From: Rhodosorus marinus CCMP1338
Lineage: Eukaryota; Plantae; Rhodophyta
DNA length: 64,000 bases
Direction: 5' to 3'
NCBI GenBank assembly: GCA_029953675.1
Contig: JAMWBK010000002.1
Coordinates: forward strand, 3,224,001-3,288,000
Each line of letters opens with the position of its first letter. Position 1 is the first letter of the stretch. This document shows, in pieces, positions 25,394 through 39,050 of this stretch. The translations under genes and the position numbers were made by a program. Under the pieces are notes generated by a model, which saw only the letters and a list, made by a program, of their open reading frames with translations, ran no database searches and was not told where the DNA came from.

Positions 25394-27918
25394 ATGTCTT
25401 GTTTGTGCGGGTTGATGGAGCATGAGCCGGTATCCGGGTCGTATGATAAAGCTCACATGGATGCACAGAAGAAGGCGGCTGAGCAGAACTCACGGTGAGA
25501 GCGCGGTCGTTTGAAACGTCATCAATGTTTTGCAATTTGCCTTTGTCTGGGTGGTGCGCCCTGGAAGGACTGGATGCTAACACATTGCGATGTTTGCATC
25601 TCTCGTACATAGAGCTGATCACTTAGGCGTCACTCCAATGTCGGATAACTATGATAATAAAGTCGCGTTGTCGAATGACGGTAAACTCGTGATCACTACC
25701 GAAACTGGTGAAGGAAAAGACAAGAAGTCAGTGTTGAGGGAGACATGGGTAGAAATGAAGGCGTTGGATCAGAAGATTGCACAGAACTGGCTTAGGTTTG
25801 GCTGCTGCGTGGAAACAGTACTTCTTCGTCTCGGATGGTGTCTGATCTGCCAACTGACAAAGTCTCCTTTCGACGGTTTCATGTGATTGACGTAGATACA
25901 CCGGCCCGGCAGACTACACTACAATTATTGAAATCCTAGAAGACCGAGCCAAACTTCTTGAGCTCGTGGGCAAGTATAGAAATGAAGGAGGAAATCTCAG
26001 GTAGATTCGAGTGCACAAAGCAAAACATTTGTGGTCATGGCGTAAAAACCTTCGCAAGATCTGATGCTGCCCTGCCCTATGTCACAGAGATCCGGTTATG
26101 CAAAAGCTTCTCAATAGAGCAGATGTGACGAACACCAAGCTCGCCTCCGTCACGGAAACACTAGAGGCGGAGATTGACGGCCTCCAGCGAAGAGAACTTG
26201 AGCTAAAGAAAATGGTCAGCCTTTTCGCTGTAGTTTTCTTCGCAAGGAAGCGTGGAATCTGACAGAATTTTTTGTTTCACCTGCGCAGTGGGCACTCGTC
26301 AAACAGGCCGATGACATCCATGGAGTCGATCTCATGAGAAACGAGCTCGGGGAGCTGATTATTGAAGTCAAAATGTATAAATCAAGATGGGAAAACGCGC
26401 TAGATACGCGTCTAAAGGAAAAACTTGTAGGCTCGAGCTGCAACCCCACCATCCGTCCTGGCTCCATCTAACCGGAAGCGCTCTTGCCCGGATCGATATC
26501 TGCCGCTTTAGAGAGAAGTCGAAACTGCGGTGGAGACCATGAACGAGGAAACCAAGGAGGACGATGAAGATGGTAAGAAGCAAGAAGGGCAAGCCCTGAG
26601 CGGTTCTGAAACGCCAGACGGCAAAAAACCAGTAGCGCTCTAGAGTCGCTAAGCTGAGTTCATCTCCAGGTACTTTCCCGAGCTCGGGCGTGATGCTCAA
26701 GCAGGTTGCTACTCCCTCTTTCCGAGCAACGAGGAGGAGCATAGGAAGAGTTTTGAGCCTCAGAACAGAAGATGGTACCTTGAACACATCCTGGGCCTTT
26801 CCTCGAAACCTCGCTGACCACCGCGTCTCATGCGTACAGATCCGGAGGGACCTGACGCCTCATTTAGACTTGCGAGCAAGCGGATTAACACCTTAGAGCT
26901 CCTCGCCGGTATGGTCGAGCCAGGTGGAACGGAGCGTTTCCAAAGCGCGATATTTGCCGACCAAGGCCGAAGGAGCTCCCGGCCAAACTCTGGTAAGTTC
27001 ATCCACACGCCTAGTTGGGCAGCCCGTTTGAGTAGCTGCTGAAGCAGCGGCGGTCTTTGTGACATGTTTAGCTGCAGGACTTGTCCCAGCCGCTTCCTTC
27101 TCCGCGCAATTGTACCAAACTGTAAACAGACGCGACGGGTAAGCGGGTGTGGAGTGTTCTCGTCGCTTCAGCACGACCTCTGCTGATAAGACGAAAATTT
27201 TCCCATCGATTGTTACAGTGACGTCCAAGATGTTGGAAATAAGCTGGTGGTATCACGAGTGAGGGGAGATGGAAGATGCTTGTTCAGATCGGTTGCCAGA
27301 GGTCAGCATTATCTACACACCGGTTTACGTGGTGAGGACCCAAAAATCGCAGATGTTTTGTTTGATCAACAGAATCGGATAGGATAACCGGATGCAAGTC
27401 TATCTCTTGCCTTTTCGATCATACAGATTGGAATGAAAACAAGGAAAGAACTGAAGCCGATCGGCTCCGTGGAAAAGTTGTTGAAGAACTCAGAAAGCAC
27501 CGCGAACTCCTCATTTCTTTTTGTGTTGTTGATGGAGAGTTCAATCGCTACTGTCAGATAATGTCTGACCCGAAAACGTACGCACGCGAGCGCGTCAAAC
27601 GGAGTGATGCTCTCCGACCCATGATGGTTGAAGGATTGTCTTTCGTCATGGTCTAGGTTTGGCGGTGAGCCCGAGCTCCTGATGTTGGCTCTCATTGTAC
27701 ACACCCCTATTTCAGTTTATTTGTCGAGCCGATCTGGTTATTCGCAAATTCAGGTAAGCAGGCCGAGATCCTTCATCAATGGAATGGGCTTCTGAACCGG
27801 GCTTGTTTCCGGCACCAAGGTGTACGGACGCCAGTATACAACCGATCCGATCAACATCCTGTACAAGGACGGTATCCACTACGACGCCTTACTTTCAAAA
27901 AAAGGCCGAGGGAGGTGA
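25394..27918 (+). CDS. Multi-exon OTU-family deubiquitinase with a long coiled-coil N-terminal region
   Basis: OTU motifs RVRGDGRCLFRSVARG, FGGEPELLML and NILYKDGIHYDALL. Upstream exons from MSCLCG (ATG 25394) join through phase-matched introns, including 26573-26669 and 26775-26839, both with CT(A/G)A branch-like sites. Confidence 0.75.
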
Positions 27919-28975
27919 ACGCCGCCTTGGAGGAAGATGAAATTGAAGCCATGAACCAGAACTACTCCATCACTCGCATAGCACTATGCGCGAGCGCAAG
28001 AGGAGGGACCTATACTCTAGACGCAGCCCTCAGCAATGACTTTCCAGCGCCGTTGGAAAACTCGAAAGAACTGGGAATCAGGCGGCGATGCAAACCTGTT
28101 GTTACGGAGAATCAGTTCCAGTAGTTGTTCACATGCATGAGAGCGTAGAACTTATCGAGTACGGCGAGGAGCACGGGCTATCTCCTACCAATACCAGGCC
28201 CGTCAGATGCTTAACCTGACCAAAAACCAACCCTGAAACATCATCAACCCGTCCTCAAAAAATAACGAAAAGTCAAACACAAGATACATTTCCTTTTTCG
28301 ATACTTTTCTGACGGCCAAAAGACTACCGGGTTTCTCCTATTGATTTGATCTAGTTTTTGTTGCTTTTTAGTAAAGTTTTTCCTGTATCATCAGCCAGTT
28401 TGCAATTGCCTTATGTGTAATAGACGCTGATTGGTGGATGAGTATTGACGGATGACCCCTCAGTGGATTTCAGATGCAAAAATGTTAAGATTCCAGTAAT
28501 CAATCATTTTCTCTCATGATTTCATTGAAGATTAGAGGGTCTTGAGGGGTTGGGGGAGGGGAAAGGGGTGTTGGGGAGATGTGAGCTAGAATGGAATATA
28601 TTGTACTTGAGCATTTTGTTTCTGTACTGGGGTGAAGGGGGAGTGAGGTCACTAGAAGTGAGTTTGTTTTTTTTCTATGAGGGATGATGGAGAGAAAATG
28701 TTTTGGTTCAAGTTGAGAGCGGAGTAAGAGGAAGCGCTGTTCTGAATTTGAAAACATCTGGGGTTTTGAAACGTAGTTTGTGTTTTTAGGTTGTTTGGTG
28801 GTTGGAGGTGAGAGTGTTGTTTTCTTTTCTTTTCTTTTGTCCTTGTTTGCTGGGCCTTCTTTTTGCGGTGCAGACTAACGTATAACTGGCGTGTCTTTTA
28901 TGTGGTAATCTAACGTTGTTTTTTCTTTGTTCAGCTCTCGTGTGGGCAGGTGCTCGCATTGATTCCATAGTTGGA

Positions 28976-31552
28976 ATGACGGAAAAGGAAACTGATGCTG
29001 TGGGAGATGATGTGAATCCCGTCCAGGAGGATCGCGAAGGTGACAGCTCGGAGCAGCGTCAAATGAATAACCAGAACGCGTCTAGTGAGCAGATCCCAAA
29101 CGCTTCCGGGGTAGTGAGAATTCTCCCGACAAACAACGGGTCACTGAGCCTGGAGAACATGCAGCCAGATATGCGAAATCGCGGGAAGCTCCAGGAGCAG
29201 TTTGCGAGACTCACTACAGAGCGTTGGAATCTCCGCAGAAACGTTTCATTTAACAATATTTCTGCTTTTCCAGCAATGCCAACTGGGGAAATCAAAGCAT
29301 CTAGCTCCAACTTATCCCTCGTCGAGAAATTTCAAGCAGCAGCAATCCCGACGAGCGACAGCCACCAAGGAACGGAACCAGAACCTGTCTTCATGACCAA
29401 GAAGCTCGTCGTTGTAATGGTTGGGCTTCCTGCCAGGGGAAAGGTACCAAAAGCAGAAAGTCGATGCTTTTCCAAGCTCAAATTTCCACTAAGCCTGGTC
29501 TGACAGAACCACGGCTCTACTCTTCTGTTCTTCTCTTCAGTCGTATATTTCTCAGGCGCTCAGCCGTTACTTAAACTGGCTTGGTTATCACGCAAGGGTT
29601 TTCAACGTTGGGTCAATGAGGAGAAAGCTCTTGGGAACAGACCACAAGGCCAAGGTAAGCCAGAACAAGGGATCTTCAGCCTTGAGTGCCCAAAGTTTAA
29701 CGAAATTCAAGGGAAGTGGAATGACGACGTTCTAACTGTCTGGACAAACTATTGGCCCCCCCCCGACCAGTTTTTCGATCCTGCGAACGAGGAAGGCTCC
29801 ATGCTGAGGTGGCAGCTGGCGTTGGAGACGATGAACGACATGACGCACTGGTTGCTGGAAGACCACGGGAATGTTGCAGTTTTTGACGCGACGAACAGCA
29901 CTTACGAAAGACGCCAACGGGTGAGGAGGACACTAGTGCGAAAGATCCGACTAGAACTGATTGTGGAAATTAACTGGAGGGTGGTCAATTCTCCTGTAGG
30001 TGTACGATTCATTACAGGAGCACGGAATCCGAGTGCTATTCCTGGAAAGCATTTGCACAGATAAGAGCCTTGTTGATCGCAACATTACCGCCACGAAGAT
30101 GTTCTCGCCTGACTACGTTGGCCACGACCCGGAAGAAGCTGTAATGGACTTCAAGAACCGCATTGCTAATTACGAGAAGGCCTACGAATCTCTTGGAAGG
30201 CACCCGGACGAAAATGACTACAGCTACTTGCAAGTAGGCATTCCCACGAATTAACTATCCACTTTTTGATTGAAAGGGGAATCCCAGGGTCTATCAAATT
30301 CGGGGAGCCTGTGGATCCTGCTTCCACACCCGCTATTTCTGCTTTCAGTGCCATATACTTGCGGATGCTAATTCTACAATGAGCAATTCTCCTGACTATA
30401 AGAGTGTTCTGTCTCTGAACGTTTCTATATATATAAGACCATCGATGCAGGGAAAAGGCTGGTCCTCAACGAGATTACGGGCTTCATACAAGGAAAGATA
30501 GTTTCGTACCTAATGAACACGCACATAATGCCGAGGACCATCTACTTGTCAAGGCACGGAGAGTCGAAATGGAACGTAACCGGACAGCTTGGCGGAGATC
30601 CTCCGTTGACAGAGCGGGGCAAGTCTTATGCTTTCAAGCTTGCCGAGTTTATCAATGAAGAATTTCTGCTCCAAGGAAAGGAACTGCCTATAGTGTGGAG
30701 CTCTCAACTTCGTCGTACAAGGTATCTGGCTCAAAATGCCTGCTCTTGTTGTGGACTTGGATATCGGTGTGAAAATTGACCTCTGGACGACCCCCACCTG
30801 TGCGCGTGTTTTTGCTCTGCATTGTTATTCTCTAACTCAGGCAAACGGTGGAGATGATCCCAACAGTGAACGTGTGCTGGAGGGCGCTTAACGAAATTGA
30901 CGCTGGGAAATGCGAAGGGATGACTTATGATGAAATCAAGAAAGAAATGCCGGAGGTCGCGGCTGCACGAAAGAAGGACAAGTTGAGGTACAGGTACCCT
31001 CAGGGCGAAAGCTACGTCGACGTCATTCAAAGAATTGAGCCCGTAATCCTCGAGCTGGAAAGGCAGAGGGAGCCAGTGCTCATTGTTGCTCACAACGCGA
31101 TTATCAGGTAATGACTTCTGAAGATGGAACTTGTTTCTTGATGAAAGTGCGCGGAAATTCTGAAGGAGCACCGCTTTGTCTCAATATAGGGCCATATATT
31201 CCTACTATATGGGTGTATCCCAAGAGGAGTGCCCCAACCTGGATATTCCCCTTCACCATGTTTTCAAGATTTTCCCAAGGGCGTACAAGTGCGACTGCGA
31301 ACTCATCAACCTCCAGGTGGACAATATTTACAACAACAAGACCCCGGAAGATACGCCGAAAGGAAACTCCCCGCTGCAACCGTCCAGCAGAGACGATTTG
31401 CACACTGTGAGTCATCGTGCCTTTCCCGTACTTGCTGTAGCAAGCATTACTGGGCTTTGCTAACGGTTTAGTCTTTTTCCGCTCTGCAGTACGTGTCTAC
31501 CCACTTTGAAGCCATGCTTGACGCTCATGGAAATGTCCTTGCCGAAGACTAA
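28976..31552 (+). CDS. PFKFB: 6-phosphofructo-2-kinase / fructose-2,6-bisphosphatase
   Basis: VMVGLPARGK|SYIS (Walker A), VAVFDATNST, FLESICTD, IYLSRHGES (RHG phosphatase motif), WRALNEIDAG, YRYPQGESYVD and LIVAHNA. Stop at 31550-31552. Confidence 0.95.
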
Positions 31553-33051
31553 CTAGTTATGACATATATCATATTCTAATGCTCTTGAATGTTCGTATGC
31601 AATCCTCATGCTCTACTCTCTCCATGGAACATAACTGAATATACGCTTCCAAGAGTGCAAACCGCTGCCCAGCCCAGAACCATCCAGATAGCGTCGCGTT
31701 GTTCCACCCAATGTCACATCAATACTAAATTCTTCCAGTCCCAAGAGCCCGGCTAACAAAACCCTAAAGAAAAAGATCACAACAACCTGTACAAACTACG
31801 AAACGTGAAACCCCATGGACACAAACATACTAACGTTAACGAAACCCAACGGCGCCGCTGCCTAAAACAGTAACAACCGTTGTTCAATCACTAAGTGGGG
31901 GACAACATAACGCTTAACGAAAGAAACAACAAACTACACACATCTTATTTGGCAGGAGAGTCACCAAAATACCAAACAAAAAGACGCTTAAATATATTCT
32001 TCCATCCAATTCAATGGAGTGGAAACGTTCCCAATGCAATTCCCCCTTTTCACCTTGCAGTTACTACCACCCTAACCACAGCAATCTCGTTCGCTCTTCC
32101 CGCAAACTCTCAAAAAATTCACGCCGATTTGTCAAAATTTACCAAATTTAAAGTCTACTTTATTCCAATTAAAACACCCCAATTCAATCTTTCTAACTCA
32201 CCGAAACAAACTATTGGATAATCCCCGGCCCTTCGTTATCAATTATCCAATCCAAAATTGACAAGTCGTACTTAAAACCATCGAGATCTGGGGAGATTGT
32301 CCCAAAAGATCCTGATCACAATTCCTTGTAACCAATGATCGTTAGCTTAAAATCTTATCATCCACATGGATTGGATAAAAATTCTTTTTGGTTGAATTAT
32401 TTCCAGGGTCGATTGTTTTTTATTGTTAATATAAATGTTTTGCTCCCCGCAGGTGGACGAGGGGTCCAATTGGGGAAAGACAATGAAACTCGACTAGCCG
32501 CTCTCCCTTTACCGATTGATGAGATGAGCCCGCAGCCGCAATGTGGTTTTTTAATGTGTTTTTTGTATTTTTTTGCTTAATGGTTTTTTTTTTGTGTGTG
32601 ACTGATGAAGAAGACGGTCGCGTCGTGTGTATGTCATTTGGGCCTCCTCTGCTATGTAGGATGATCGATGACTGAATGATGTGGGTGCTGGTGTGTGACG
32701 TACTGTACTGGATGAGATTAGACATCATATAGCTGTGTAGGAAGGGTATATGGTTGGAGAGGGAGGAGGTGCGCTCCTGCATTAAGTAGTTTCTGTCGTA
32801 GTTGGGGGTTGCGAGTACTGACCAGAACGTTGAATTGCAGGTTTTGGAGGAATTAAGTGTTTTGCATTTTTGGTTTGGTTTTGTGGTGTGTTTTCTTTTT
32901 TTTGTGTGTTTTTGTTTTATCGCAGTGGAAGTGTGAGAGCTGCTGAACAGCAGCGTTCATGGGAGTCGGGTTGCTTTTTCGGGCTCGAGGCTAGGCGGTG
33001 TATGGTAGTTTTCCGTGAGGGAAAGGTTTGTGGTTTGGGGAGACTGGGACG

Positions 33052-34192
33052 ATGAGCGGCTTAGCGCATGTGATGAGCGATCTCGGTGAGATGCTGCGGA
33101 GCTTTGGGTTATCTGGAGTCTATGAGGAGAGGGATCATACCGATGAATCTCGCGATTGTGTCACGGAACCCGCCTCTGAAGAGAAGAGCTACAATCGAGT
33201 ACAGTCGGCGCCGTTGCTCAAGTGTATGGTAGAAAGTCTCAGCAACGAATCAAAAAATGTCAGCGAAAGCGAAGTTCGCACTGATGTTGACTCGGCCCAC
33301 CCACACGGATTAGTCGAACTAATTGACGGAAACGATAGCGAAGAATTCCCAGAGTCTTTCGTCACGTCAGATGAGAGCGGCGACGAGGACACCCCCTCGA
33401 GACCTGCTGTTTCTGAATTGGTAGGGTCCTTTGAAGAAACCGCAGAAGATGATCGAGTTTGGGCCTTGATTGATGCGATAAAGTTGGCGGGAGAGGTGAC
33501 TGCTGTAGAGGATGGAATTGAGCATGATATGTTCGCCACTGCGACTGATGATGGCTTCAATAAGATCATGGATGCTCTTCTGACTGGAATGATGCCAGCC
33601 CATGGTATTGTCCGAAGGGATACCCGGGCTAACTTGCAAAAGATCGCTGAGGGCTGTAGAAAGATTGGAATATCGAACCTGCGTGAAATGGTGGAGGCTG
33701 AGATAGCGCAATCCGTGGAGTGGAGCAACTCTGGAAGAGAAGCTGTGCTTTGGTTGAAACGCACACTTCAGTTTCTATGCTTTGCGCTGCGGGATTTTGT
33801 GAAATCCGTATGTCCGGCACGCTACTATTGCTTCGATAGCCACGTCTACTTCGTATTTGGTTTCTAAATCACCCTCACTACCCTTGGTATCGCATTTGCA
33901 GGAGAAGGAGAGCTCGGAGCGGCAACTGAAGCATATCATCAAGGATGCCTACAATCGAACTCTGTCGGGAGTACACGGATTTAAAGCGCATGCTTTTCGC
34001 CTGTTCCTGAAAGGTGTACCTCCGGCTTCGGTGTTCATGTCCAGACTAGGAGATAATCCAGCAGTGGTAGTGAAGGCGCTAGAGCTGTGGGAAAAGACAT
34101 ACGCACCTGTAGTCCAGCAGATGGCATCTATATCCAGGGATTTCGGCCTAGAAGAATGTAAGCGAATGAGAGACTTTGACCTACTCAAGTAG
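33052..34192 (+). CDS. Glycolipid transfer protein (GLTP/ACD11-like) domain with an acidic N-terminal extension, paralogue 1
   Basis: SGREAVLWLKRTLQF and DAYNRTLSGVHGF match the GLTP W-L-K-R and AY...HG motifs. One intron follows FVKS (about 33808-33901). Confidence 0.85.
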
Positions 34193-37100
34193 AACCCCTA
34201 TTTAGGAAACTCTGACAAAGCTGACCGAAGATCATCGCGAGCGCCCCACGAGCGAAAATCCGACACTGCCTTCGGCTCGAAGCAATGGGCGTGCACAACA
34301 AGCTAGGGAAAATGTAAAATCCACATAAATTTATTCAGTAACTTATGTCGTCCCTCCAGTACCCAAGCTGCCACTTGCGCTGAGTGTTTGCAGATGGACT
34401 GTCCCCATTCCAAAATTATGCGGCAATACAAATCGATGAGCTCGAATGCTGTGTGTGGTCCGTCGTAAGGGTACAGAGTGGACTGTTACTGAAAGGTCTG
34501 AGTTCTGAAGAACTGTTGTCTGCGCTTCTTCTAATGAATACTTTGGAACCCGTCCGCTTATCGTCGCAAATCCTCTCCAATCCTGCTCCGAGAAGCTCTA
34601 CATCAACCCGGGGGTGGGAGGGGGCGGGGTTGGAAAGGCTTCCCCTGAATTAAGAGCAAAGGATTTCCATAGATATGTGCGGTGATCGAAAAATCTTTGC
34701 CGGGTTGGTGCAAGTCCTCGGAGGAGCTTTCTACATTTTTCCTCCCGACGTTCCCAAAGGAGATTTTGCTGGTACTTAAGTTCCTTTATCATAACTTGTT
34801 GACCTGCTCAGGTGACGTAGCTAAGATCCAACCGGGAAGGACAGCTGTCATAACGTGTTCCGCAAGAATAGAAGAGCTAATCCAGATCCTCCCTTCCATG
34901 CCATCACCCGTTCACGAAATTCTGGTTCTTAAAGATCACGGAGTGCAGAAACGCATCTTCATGCAAGGACCGCATCCATTTCAGAATAATCCACGGCTGA
35001 GCTCGGCCGCTACGAAATCCGGTTCCAGCAATCACCGGAGTGCGCACAAGGTCAGGAATAACCTTGCCGGCACTTCATCCACTACTCCGTGGTGGGGTTC
35101 GTGATGTCCAAACGAAGTGTCGCCCGGGGTGTTTCCCTCGACTAAAATCACAACAATACACGAATAGCACTAGGTGGTATCGCAGCGAACGACAGTAACG
35201 CAGCTGAACTTCCGTCATATCTACCACAATCTGCTGAAAAGGAATCTGAATCGTACGTGTGGGCTTGCGCAAGGTGGCAGAAAAAAGTTTAACGCAGCTG
35301 TAGACGTTGTTCCACCTCCCCAGGTAGTGATTGAGTGCATTACGTTCTACGGGTGGCGCACCGGCCTCTGCAGCAAACCCTCAGCAGTTGCTTTTTGATC
35401 TCAATTATGGGTCTCACAATCTTCGTTGTGCGGGACTTACGAGCTTTTTTACGTCAGACTAACGTCAACGGCGAACGGATACGCACAAAAACTCAAAAAA
35501 AGGATGTTCTAGTTTTATGATCTATGGTTAGAATTCTGGCTTATTTGCAAATGCTTTTCGGGACTCGAAGCGACGGCAGCGACGTGTGTGTGTCACATCA
35601 TGCTCCTGCGGTTGGATCCCTAGAACTTAACGGACTATTCCACGGCCTTCCGCTCTTCACACAATCTTAAGAGGCCTCGAAACTGACCACTGAGCGGACG
35701 TGGCCAAGGTACTTGAGGCCATCCTATCCAACCAAAAAATGAAACCTGTAATCAATACTTCATTGGTTAATAGACCTATCAATTACCAATGTTTGTGGGC
35801 TGCTAAGAAACAAACTTGTATTTATTGGTTAATTTCAGAAAACCGTTAACGCCTCTGCACCAGTCAATAGAGTTCATCGTTCGTTTTGATTCTACCGCCA
35901 AGAGTCTCATGATTTCCTGTAGTATTTCCTAGGAGTGGCAGAGATACATTTTGGCGCGAACCTAGCCATTGAGCATCACCCATGCAAACAAATGCTTAAA
36001 AATATTAAATTGATGTGGTTATGTTTAATGAATTATGTATCTTTTTACGCGCCTATTCCTTCCGTTCGAAAGTGAACAAGCTCCTAGTTCTTTACCACGG
36101 GGTGAGCAATAATAGACATTCCCACGGACAATAAGTTTCAAAAATTTTAAGGAGGGTAGAGCTGAGCTCATTTAAATTCTGGTTTTACCCAGTATGGCAC
36201 CTACGACTTCTACTTAAAAACCTCCAAATCACCTAATTCCATTAGAATTTGTTCTAGAATATGAGTTCGTGAGGTCTGTGGTTTCCCCCTTTCCCTTCCA
36301 AATTCTTAAAGCCAAGGGATTTAGTGCTGTGGAACCGTAGTAGGGCGGGACACACGAGGATCGTGAGAATCCAATCTGTTTCACCCCCTACACTTCCCAA
36401 GGTGAAATCTGTTCTAGATTTCTTTTTCCATCCAATTCGATAGCGAGCGAGTTTGAGTTGGAAAGAGTACCGATGCCTGAATATGAATGGACACGCTGAT
36501 ATTTTTACATTAATCTTTTAATCATAACTTATTCGGCCATCTCCAATTTTCTACTAACATAAATTTGTTATCAGCCAATGAAATACGAAACTTTGACGGT
36601 GTCGATCAGACCGACGAATTACAGTGCACGTTTTTCAAAGCTTTGAAAATGCTTTTAAATTACTTGCCGTTATTGATTTCAAAAGTCATCAGTAGTTTTT
36701 CGGATACTTCCACTCTCGCTACCTGCTACCCCCCCCTTCATGTTCGACACTGTCATCGCTTCCTTTAAAATTCGAAATTGATTGCACCCCTTGAATTTGC
36801 ATCGATATTGGAGAAACACAAATATTGACAAAAATATCTGGCTGACGCGATCAAAGAGGGCTCCCCCCCTAAACCGACATGGAAAAATGCTTCCACCACA
36901 TGGCCAAAGGTGTTGACAGCCCTGAAGTAGCCTTCTCCAGCCACCTAGCTGACATCTTTACCCCTCGGCAGACAAACAAAATTTCCCTCGTAAAACGGGA
37001 AAATTTCGTATCCCCTAAAAGTAATATCTTGGAGGCATTTCTTTTTTGGGACAAGAATTACTTTGAAATACGTTCTGAATCGAGAGAATTTACCTCATTC

Positions 37101-37627
37101 ATAGCGCGGTATCCCGGCTACTTAGCCACCGGCTTACTTAATAATTACTTCTAATTTATCTGATATTAACCTTTTTGCGTATCCTTTACCCTCCCAGCGC
37201 GATCCTCATTACTCGGTTCGTCAACATTACATAATTATACTCTATTCCCATCATATTTCTCTTTTCTAGAAAGTCATCCACCAATCACTAACCGATTTGT
37301 CAATGAAATATTTAAAGTTTTGAAATTATTTGAATGAATACCTTTTTAGCTTTTTTTTTTACTTATCTCCCTGCTTTTTTCAAGGTTCAAAAAAAAAGCG
37401 TGTCATTTTTCAACACTCACACCACGAAGAAAAACAACGAAAATTTACTGGGAATTGTGTCGGATGGAGGCGGTCGGATTAGGTTTGAACTGCGTTGATC
37501 AGGGGGGGAGGGCGGATCCTGTTACTATGAGCTTGAAGATGGGGAATGGAGGGGGGGGGTGGAGCGTCTTTTCTGTACTTGTGTTTGTGTATTTGTTGTG
37601 TGTGTAGGGTTGGAGTTGTGATTAAGC

Positions 37628-37652
37628 ATATATATATATATACATATATATA
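37628..37652. repeat. (TA)n microsatellite
   Basis: ATATATATATATATACATATATATA. Confidence 0.8.
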
Positions 37653-37847
37653 TTCTAGGGTGGTGGAAGAGGATAAATAAGGGGATGTGTGGATCTGTGT
37701 AGGAGAGGTGAGGTTGGGGAGAGTGATCGAGATAAGCTTAGGAAGTTAAAAGAGTGGAATGATGATGAGCTTATAATATAGGTTAGGTTTTTGTTTTGTT
37801 TTGTGGTTGTGTTTGTGTTTGTGTTTGTTTTTTTTTGTATTGGAAAG

Positions 37848-39050
37848 ATGTCTTACGCTGAAGGGTTTGAGGCGGCGTTGGGGAAGATGATTGGAGAGAT
37901 AGAGATGATGTGGGTGAAGGGACCTTTGGTGGTTCCGAGTTTCTTTGGAGGATGTCAATTGAGCGGGGTAGACGCGCGTGGGATGCGACTGCTGTGCGTA
38001 GGAAGCGTGGTTGGACTCGCTCAAGCAGTGCTGTTGCCGAACGTTGGAGTTGTTAGAAAAGGGGTATGGCTGAAGACGGATGAGCCGATGCTTCCGGATG
38101 TATCTGCCTTCGAGGAGAAGGATAGATCGTACAAAAAACATTGCATGGCGTCCTCGGTCGTAGGTTCTTCGGTCACCGCCTCTTCCGTGAGAATTTCGGG
38201 CATGCACCGTGGGAAGGCGTCTGATGGTTGTTCATGGAGTGAGGGGGAAGTCTCGAATTGCGACATGAGCGCCTCTGAGGTCACTGCCGATTCGGATTCA
38301 GGATATGACCAAGACGACGACATTGAGAAGACGATTGACTTACTTCGCGTCGATATAGGCAAAGTAGAAGCATTGTCCCTCGTGATTCAAAGCACGAAAG
38401 CGGTAGATATTGGACGGGTTCTTTGCTTTGAAAGTTTCTCGGAAGCCGCGAAGAATACTCTCTACGTCGTTGACGCTCTTCTGATGGATATGCGAAAGGC
38501 ACATCAATTTGTTTCGGGAGATATTGTCAACAATTTAAGAAAAGTTTCCCGCGCAATCGCGTTGACGAACACAACCTGCATCGAGGATATGGTCCTGAAC
38601 GAACTGCAAATGGACGTCAAGTACAAGAATTCCGGTCGCGAAGCCTTGCTGTGGCTTAAAAGGTAACATCTTCTTTTTTTTTGAAGCCTTACTATCTGGC
38701 TCCTTCGTCGAGCTAACGCTATTTGCGCACTTTTCAGGGCTCTCGTTTTTATTTATACTGCGACTAAATACGCCGTGGAGAGGCCACACCATGCCCTTGT
38801 TAAGAACGCCAAGGACGCGTACAACGAGAAGATGTCCCCATGTCACGGTTTCAAGTCCCACGCTGTCCGGTTTATGATGAACGGTATTCCGGAGAGGAGT
38901 GTTTTCCTCAGCCGGTTGGGTCCTGATGAGGAGCAGGTTGCCGAAGATCTTGGCATCTGGCTTGAATCGCTTCGTCCGATATTGGAGCATTTGTGTAATT
39001 TTTGTACGAAGAATAGCTTGGAGAGAATCGGAAAGATTCAAGAGCTTTAA
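37848..39050 (+). CDS. GLTP-domain protein with a Ser/acidic N-terminal extension, paralogue 2
   Basis: NSGREALLWLKR|ALVF and DAYNEKMSPCHGFK, clearly homologous to 33052-34192. One phase-2 intron lies inside the Arg codon of WLKR (about 38663-38737). Confidence 0.85.

Noticed and set aside
26893-27228. Minus-strand ORF with a BTB-like start (DVTVTIDGKIF)
   Set aside because: It is antisense to the well-supported OTU gene exons and intron.
36000-37450. Long AT-rich spacer with a 91-aa ORF (36879-37154), possible TE remnant
   Set aside because: No terminal repeats, target-site duplication or transposase/RT motif recognisable.
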